Below the pieces are notes generated by a model that ran no database searches, was not told the origin of the DNA, and saw only the letters and a list, made by a program, of their open reading frames with translations. A program made the translations under genes and the position numbers. A DNA stretch of 58,202 bases, counting the filler, from Basidioascus undulatus (lineage: Eukaryota), in assembly GCA_000826855.1 (NCBI GenBank). It is 5 parts of 5 records of this genome, joined end to end, with 100 filler letters (N's around TTAATTAATTAA, not from the genome) between each part and the next. Parts side by side here need not be neighbours in the genome. Positions count along the whole stretch, not along the records: positions 46,676 to 58,202 come from JTLS01000998.1; 4 more parts are not named here. The stretch is one strand, 5' to 3'. Positions 51,221 to 58,202 of this stretch are shown here, piece by piece. The stretch's first letter is position 1. Each line of letters starts with the position of its first letter.

Positions 51221-52892
51221 TCATTCATTGCTCCCTAAAGTGCCCTTTTCCCTGAACCCTACGCTCTCCTTTTCCACTTGCGCGTCCGCGTCTTCCGTCT
51301 CTCCCTGCCACTGGCTCAACCCGCCCACACTCCCACTCCTAATGAACGTCGACCTGTCCATTCCCGAAAGCACACTTGTCACCCATCACGAAGTGGACGG
51401 GCATGGAGTATGTCTGCGTCGGGGAGAAGGTGACGCGAAGGAAGTACTGTGCGGCGGGAAACAGGGTGAGCGTGAAACGGCGGAGCCAGGAATGGGACTT
51501 GCTACGCACGGAGATGGACACCCAAGGCGTGTTTAAAGAGGGAAGTGCCGGCTTAGACGGGGCGGATGGTGAAGAGAAAAAGGGTATGGGCGCAGGTAAA
51601 TGAGCGATGTATCGGGGATTTCGGTCTTCACTGCCGGCTTCTGGCCCTCCGCCATCGGCCTCTCCCTGCTCCTCTATTCGGGGGTCGGGAATAAAGGGAG
51701 CACTGAAAAGGTCGTTTGTAATCGACTGAGGGTACGGCTTGTGGAAGACCGCTTGGGCGGCGGAGGGTGAGGATCGGAGGCGCGAGTTCGGCTTGCGAAG
51801 GGAAGAAGGGCAAGGAGAGGAGGACGGAGAGGGGCAAGGAAGGCAAAAGAGGGTATATTCGTGGGTGTGGGATCGAGACCTGTAGGATGTATAAGTGCCA
51901 GACCTGGTGGGGAGCGGAAAATGAAAAGAAGCTGTGCTCACCCTTGCTGTGGACGCATCGGACGCATCGCCGGGATTGGCGTTGGAGAGGTTGAAGGGGA
52001 AGACCGCCCATCCGTCTGGGTCTTCAGACGGCGGAGGACGCGGACGTCCCAGCGTCAGCGCAAGCTCGTACGCCGGCGAGGACCGCGGCGGGACGGTGCG
52101 CTTCAGATAGGTGATTGGGACTGTAAGACTACAACGGGCGGAGGATGAATTCAGAGGCGTTCAGGTTGAAATGCGAAGCTGAATAGGCTCACAATTTGAC
52201 TTTCCGGCCCCACGGCGTCGCTTTCGCCTGTGCGCTGTCCTCAACGACGACCTCCCACTCGACTCGCGCGAGCCAGTCGATGGTGGGGGGGCTTGCCAGG
52301 CCTTTACAGCTGAGGTCCAACGAGGGCGGAAGGCGCGCGCGAGCCGCCGGGAAGCAGTGCGGCAACTCGAACGTCTCGCCTGGGCGTACGGTCATCGGCG
52401 GGGAGAGAAAGACGGTGTGGGCCCCTTTGTGCAGCGTCGACGGGTCGTGCATGGGCGAGGGTGCCGAGCGCTGGGGGACGGGCGATACGAGTCGTTGAGA
52501 GCCGGCCTCGTGGTTCGTGTATGTGCAGCGAACCTGGGTTGGGCAATAAGGGAGCTTTGAGTCAGGAGTCAAAGGCAAAAGTCGGGGAGAGCGTGCCATA
52601 CTTGGACTGTTAGATCGCTCGCACCACCCGCATTGCCCGCTGAAGACTGGCTGGACGACAGGCGCTCGACGAGCCCATGGAGGGTGTCGCCCGGCCCGAA
52701 TTGCGCTTGTCAGGTATGAGCGCACCGCGCAGGCGGGAAGAGCGTGAGGCGGAGGTGCTTGCTCTCTTCGCTCACTGTGGACGGCAGCGAGCTGGCCGTC
52801 GACAGGGGCACGGAAGGCGCAGTCGATGGCGGGCGGCGCGAGAATAAAGAGCTGGAGAAAGTGGAGCGCGAAGATAGGGGAGCGGCGGACAT
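51221..52892 (-). pseudogene. Arrestin-like protein, paralog B, with in-frame TGA
   Basis: KHLRLTLFPPARCAHT*QAQFGPGDTLHGLVERL has TGA at 52710-52712 where paralog A has Gly. Later PGETFELPHCF..LPPSLDL..ARVEWEVVVE; probable frameshift near the 3' end. Confidence 0.55.
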
Positions 52893-53421
52893 GAGTGGAC
52901 TGGAGCGGTAAGGGGGCGCTTGCACTTGAACGATGCGAGTTCGGGATTGTACGACGCGCGACGGCTAGGAAGCCAACGCCGCTTATGTTCGATCGATGTC
53001 TGTAATGTTGTACGTGCGAATGAAGTTTCGAGTGACAGAGTGATTGAAACGACGAGTGTGGTAGCAGAATGATAGAGAGCCAGCGAAGAGGTCAGGGTTA
53101 AGAAGGAGGACGCAGAATCAAGATAGAGCTTGAGTAAACCGCGCTAGGAGGACACAGTGCACAGCAGCTCGCCGGCGGTGCCTTAACATATGTCTACCAT
53201 TAATGTTGTGCTCACTCCTGGGTGCAGGTAGTTGCTTGACTGTGGAAGAGCGTTCACACCACAGAAACAATGCAGGACGCGACTCTTTGATAGGACTTAG
53301 GGATCGCCATATTGGTCCAGAACAAATATTGTACTATAAAACAAAGTCAATGTGACAGATATGAAAAAGAAAAGAAACCTCCTCGGGTCTACCTTAGACC
53401 TGCAGGGCGGATAAAAAGAAG

Positions 53422-53503
53422 CTCTCTGGCCGGGAATTGAACCCGGGTCGCCCGCGGTCAGTTGGATGACAAGCGGATATACTAGCCACTATACTACCAA
53501 AGA
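53422..53503 (-). tRNA. tRNA-Asp(GTC) with a 10-nt intron (53457-53466)
   Basis: TCTTTGG/CCAGAGA acceptor stem, TAGTATAGTGG A-box, TCCGC-TTGTCA[TCCAACTGAC]C-GCGGG anticodon arm, CCGGG-TTCAATT-CCCGG T-arm, discriminator G, and a downstream T-run terminator. Confidence 0.95.
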
Positions 53504-54478
53504 GTTGTTGCTCTGAAGGTTTTCCAATTTAACAAGCTTTGCACCACGTTTCTGTCCTGCACGCCGTTGCACCCAGATAAACGTGAGTTTTGTGGATATT
53601 GATACAGACGGGTCTCAGTTTATACTTGAGTTATTGTAGAATCGGGCTCCTAGTCTTGTGTTTCCTACTGAGAAACTGACTGTGCCTTGACCTGTAAGTC
53701 GCAGGCCGTTTCGATCTCCTTCGTCTCGCTCTAGAAGACTCTCTTCCTTCGCAGGACCATTTGTACTTTCATTTTATGGACTCCCCCGTTCGGTTGCCGA
53801 CATGTAGAGCCGGAAGGCCTGGTACTTCCAACATCGAACACGTCCATCCTTAGGCCTTCTTTCCACCATCACACTTCTATATGAGGGCACACTAATGACG
53901 GCTGAGATGTTCGATTGTAACCAACCAAGACAGACGCGTAGAAGATATGTTCGTGTTTTCGTGTCGTTTCGAGTGCAGGTACCGTCTCAGAGCAGCTCCG
54001 CCCGCTTATTCCGCCTGTAACACAACTTTGGCAACAATTCAAGATCCCAGGGCTCGGCGTTCCCAGTTCTACGCAAAAAAGTCGTTTTGCTGTAAGTAAA
54101 TATTCTATACCAGCGAGCAGCATCAGCCAGTGTAGCGTGTCAGGAACAGTACTGCGCTGGGCTCGGGATGGCGGCGTTCTCGCCGATGACTCCGAATGGG
54201 CGGCCGCGCAGTGCAGCGTTCACAGTCACCTGCAGCTTCCATCTTGCCATACACTCATTTTCTGCCGGCTCCGGGTGTAGAGTTCTGTAATGACTCCCTG
54301 AGCTGTGAAGTTCAAAAGCCAGACGAAACAGCCTGCGATCTTTCACTCACATTGCACTCTTACCCACAACTCGACCGTCCCCCATCTTTGTGAGTGAACC
54401 ACTTCCACCATACATTCAGAGTACAAGGTTATGAGTACTTTTGAGGCAGTTTGATGCCTCCTCGCTACACCGTTCCAA

Positions 54479-54783
54479 ATGCCGAGCCTCTCCACCTTCC
54501 TCAAAAAGTCGAAATCCCCCTCGGGCTCGTCGTCAAATGAATCTACCGCAGCGCTCGTCCCATCCACCAGCTCCCCCTCTCAATCACCGCAAGGGTACTC
54601 TACCCTGCCCTCCGCTGCCGAGTCGTTGCGACGCTGGTCAAACCACCCCCACCCCCTCCCGCCAACGGTCCGACCCCGCAGCAAATAGCGCAGGAGGCAA
54701 CCGTCAACAGGCTCATGGAGCTCAATAGGAAGCACGGCATGGTCGGGGGGTTCGACTTCAGGGGCGGGGGGGAGGGGCGGTAG
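54479..54783 (+). pseudogene. Small Ser-rich ORF with an apparent single frameshift
   Basis: MPSLSTFLKKSKSPSGSSSNESTAALVPSTSS... then, in another frame, QEATVNRLMELNRKHGMVGGFDFRGGGEGR-stop. Architecture parallels the ORF at 55260. Confidence 0.35.
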
Positions 54784-55259
54784 TTGCTTGTGGGAGGGGG
54801 AGAGGCCAGCATTCAGCAGACTTCAGCTGTAGGCTCACCTCCGCGGCGATGACTGGCGCCCTCGAGTCTCGAGCTGCAAATATAATATACCTCATGTTGG
54901 TCTCCTGCGTACAGATTCGACTGTTGTGAATAGTTTCCGACTTCCCTTAATCGCTATTTGTCCCCCAATAGAGAAACCGATAACCGACAGAAGCTCCGAG
55001 ATGCACCATGACCAGTCAGCAGTGCTGCGCCGATATCCCGAGCGCGACGAGCGGCTGTGTGCTGTGGCATGTGGACATAAAAGCGACATTTACTGAGGCT
55101 CACGCTCTTCACTTTCCCATACACTTCCCAAACAAAACCTGTCGTACGAGATCTTGAACCCTTGTCTACTCGTAAGTCAAGATCACTTTCCACAGCCCGT
55201 CCACACCGCCTGCAGATTAAACTTCGCACGCACACAGGCTCCCCTCGTCCAAACTCGCA

Positions 55260-55523
55260 ATGCCGCACAGCCAGCCCAACGAGTCTTCCACCACCCTCGT
55301 CGACCCCTCCTCTTCCTCGTCCTCGACCGCGCCTAAGTTCAAGTCCGAGTCGGGTCATCCCTCGTCCGGAAGCAGCGGGGACAAGCCGACGACAGCGCCT
55401 TCGTCATCGACCTCGACGTCGGGCCAGGGCGGTTACGAGGCGGACTTCAAACTCCTCGATCAATCCAGAAGAAGTGGCCTGGGGGGTCGTCGGGCGGGCT
55501 CGGGGGCGGCCGGTGAATGGTAG
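55260..55523 (+). CDS. Small (87 aa) Ser-rich hypothetical protein
   Basis: Intronless ATG ORF with GC-rich third codon positions (MPHSQPNESSTTLVDPSSS...YEADFKLLDQSRRSGLGG...W) and a CATAAAAG TATA-like site near 55076. Confidence 0.5.
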   Translation: MPHSQPNESSTTLVDPSSSSSSTAPKFKSESGHPSSGSSGDKPTTAPSSSTSTSGQGGYEADFKLLDQSRRSGLGGRRAGSGAAGEW

Positions 55524-57308
55524 CTGCGGTGTGTGCGGGAGGCTGGGTAGATGTTTGATTATGTTGTATCATTGAGTTTTTTTTAAGGGTCCACTTTGTT
55601 CTCCCTTTGACGACGATTCTCGATTACCACGGCAGGACTGTGAGTGACGTACAGTCGTAGTTGCAGCCTGTGCGATCCGGAGAACGCACAGGCGTCTTAG
55701 GGGAGGAGTACAAGATTGAAAACCACTTCTAGACACCAAAGTATCAAAGCATCTTGATAGCTCCGCAAAGTATCTTAGGGCTTGCGTTACGGGAAACCAG
55801 TGAGGAAGGTAACCTGTGGAGAGGGCAGTGCTCAGTGGCACCGGCTTCAGTGACGGGTCCCTATGACTATTTCTCCGTACGGAGGGCAGGAGAATATGAG
55901 CTAGAGGAAACGTATGTGGGCACTGTAGAGAACACAGCCGGAGGAACCTCGAGCGTGATCAAGCGAAGTTCAGGGACAGGCCTGCGGGAAGAGCGGATAA
56001 TAACTATTGATTTGTACAAGGAGGTCGCTCCGAAGAAGGAGGATATGACACGGCGACGAGCGGACGGAGGTGGAGAGTGTCACAAGGGATAGGGGATATA
56101 TGCGGACTTGCCGCCCGTGCGATCCGGAGAACGCACAGGTGCTGTCGGAAAGGTAGAACAGAGGACAAGACTTCGTTGGGTGGATGGCGGACTTGCGGGA
56201 GAGGTAATCTGCGGAGAGGGCAGTACGCGGTGGCACGAAGGTCAGTGGGGCCTCCGTAGAGTCGGGTTTAGGGTATGACCGGGTAAATAGGGTAATTGAG
56301 GATGCTGCTAGAGGGCAAGAGAGGGAGAAGAGGCGAAGGAAGGCGAGCGAGTGGCGGGCACGGATGCGGGTACTGGACCACTAGGATGTGACCATCGCGG
56401 AGCTGGGACTGAGACTCTTGAGCTCGCTTCGACTTGACATGGTTAGGATAATTAAAATATGGTAAGCGGGTTTCATGTCAGACTGTAAAGCAGGGACGAC
56501 AGCATGCACCGCGATGAGAGGACAGGAAGACCTCGTCGCCGCGATCGTCACTGCATCTCAGTTTTTGGCCGCCTTATTTGGAACAGACAACCACCTGCAA
56601 TTGTTTCCATTTCCCGAGAGATTGTGAAACTGTGGACGTCTGCAGCGCGACAGCATACAGTCGGTCGGTCCAATACGCGGTCCGAACATGTCCGCTCGTC
56701 GAGGTTATAGTGCACAGGCAACCTCAACAGCCATGGCGCCAAGTCCAGCTATAGCATGGATGTTCGGAGGCTCAAACATAGGGGAAGACAGAGAGAAACA
56801 GAAGGTCCGGGCTCGAGGATTTGGAAAAAGATTGCAGCGTGCCGAGGAATGCGTTCGACGTGCGACCTTTACGCCCAATGGAACCGGCTGCGAAGGATAT
56901 TCAGAACGCATGATGACCCTTTTAGGCTGTTGATCGAGAGGATGTCCTGACGAAAGCGACGGGCAGGAAAAGAAAATGAGTACATAGGTGCATGATGGGG
57001 CGTGTGGACACCAATCTGAGCGAACGAGGCGTTGTCGAGCAGTCGGCGTGAGATTATACACGAAGCCTATTGGCTAAGACGGTGATGGCGAAAGGGGCGA
57101 AGGAGGGATGCGGAGAGCGAGCGAGATTGAGAGTCAGAGCGAGGGGAGGCGCTGGAGTCCGTCAGCCTTCCTCCTCGAGTCTACCACCGCACTTCCTTGA
57201 CCTGTCGCAATCGAACCGCCCACCCTGATACCCCACGCAATACACGCACTGTTCACTCCGCTATCCAACTCTTATCCATATCCCTCCTCTCTCTCTCCAT
57301 CTCCAGCT

Positions 57309-57517
57309 CTAAGCCGCGCCCGCCACGCCCTCCTCCACCTCCGTCGCCGTCGGGCGCTGCTTGAAGAAGCTGAGGCGCTCGAGCTCGCGCTCCTGCGCGG
57401 TGCGCGCCTTGCGCGCACCCGACGCGTCGCCCACCAACGACTTGCCCGCAGCGTCGAAGGTCCCGATGAGCGAGCCGAGGAGGAGGCAGGAGCCCGCGGC
57501 GAGGGGAAGGGAGCGCG
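57309..57517 (-). CDS. Last exon of an NDUFA11-like (complex I 21.3 kDa, Tim17 family) gene; upstream exons absent
   Basis: CAG acceptor, then ARSLPLAAGSCLLLGSLIGTFDAAGKSL...ERLSFFKQ...-TAG, matching the recalled C-terminal TM and RxxFFK tail of fungal NDUFA11. Confidence 0.6.
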
Positions 57518-57529
57518 CTGCGGGCGTCG

Positions 57530-58202
57530 GGAGTGGAGGTGGGTGAGGGAGCAGCGGGCGCGGGCGCAGGGGAGAGAGCATGCAGCTTCTCATACGGTGC
57601 CAGGTCCTGCTCGAGCGCAGGCGACGCGCGGACGGTGTGTTCCCCCCAGGGTCGGTGGTCCACCTGGAGGGCGGCCTTCGCCTATCCCCCCCCACCCAGC
57701 CAAACGCATCAACTGTGTCCTTCCTCCATGCGGGAGAAAGGAGACCGGGATAAGGGAAGAAGGGGAAGACGCACTTCCTCATGCGCCCCAAAAACAGCCC
57801 ACACCCCCGCCTCATTCAGCGGCACGTCCCGCACCGTCCACAGGCCGATCGGCCGCGGCGCGCCGGCGGCGAGGAAGAAGGACTCGAGCGCGGGGGTGCT
57901 GAGCGAGGGCGGGGGAGGGAGGGAGGAGAGGTGGATTGCGCGGGAGCGGGTACTTCATCCAATCAGAAGGGGGTTCAGCGTCCGAAAAGAGAAGAGGAGG
58001 AGGAGGAGGAGGAGGGAAGAAGAAGGAGGGGAGAGGGGGAAGAGGAAGGAGGTACCTGATGAACCGCAGGGAGACGGCTTGATCGACGGGGTTTTTGAGC
58101 GTGGTTTCGGGGACGGCAGCGCTCGGGGAAGTCGAGGGGTTGGAGGTGGGCGGAGAGGACAGCGACGCCTCCTGCAAGCTCCGGAGGACGTGGTCGATGT
58201 AG
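57530..58202 (-). CDS. Internal exons of a degenerate-RRM protein (Nrp1/Arp1-like), 5' end outside window
   Basis: PIGLWTVRDVPLNEAGVWAVFGAHEE|AKAALQVD...VRASPALEQDLAPYEKL resembles the degenerate RRM of basidiomycete RanBP2-zinc-finger proteins. GT-AG introns. Confidence 0.5.

Overview
GC-rich, intron-dense fungal DNA, most likely a basidiomycete (inference). It is not one locus. Four identical 100-nt spacers (44 N + TTAATTAATTAA + 44 N) join five pieces of decreasing length (11617, 11556, 11552, 11550, 11527 nt), so adjacency across spacers means nothing. Piece 1: APSES transcription factor, ILV5, urate oxidase and a truncated unknown gene. Piece 2: CENP-T-like kinetochore gene, BNA1, a co-oriented train of decayed fragments (phenolic acid decarboxylase; GT2 glycosyltransferase fused to a LaeA-like methyltransferase) and IMP4. 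Piece 3: SCC2/NIPBL, an Hv1 proton channel, a frameshifted SPP-like membrane gene, a gene built by intron+exon duplication and a probable LTR end. Piece 4: LINE remnant, divergent H2B/H2A, KES1/OSH4, DIM1 and AP-1 beta. Piece 5: two arrestin-like paralogs around a cyclase-family gene, intron-containing tRNA-Asp, small Ser-rich ORFs and an RRM-like gene running into an NDUFA11-like last exon. I found no multi-gene novel system that I can support. The best leads are the chimeric fragment train, the basidiomycete CENP-T, the NDUFA11 exon graft and the SPP-like pseudoprotease. All gene models were spliced and translated by eye, and family assignments come from recalled motifs, not database searches.
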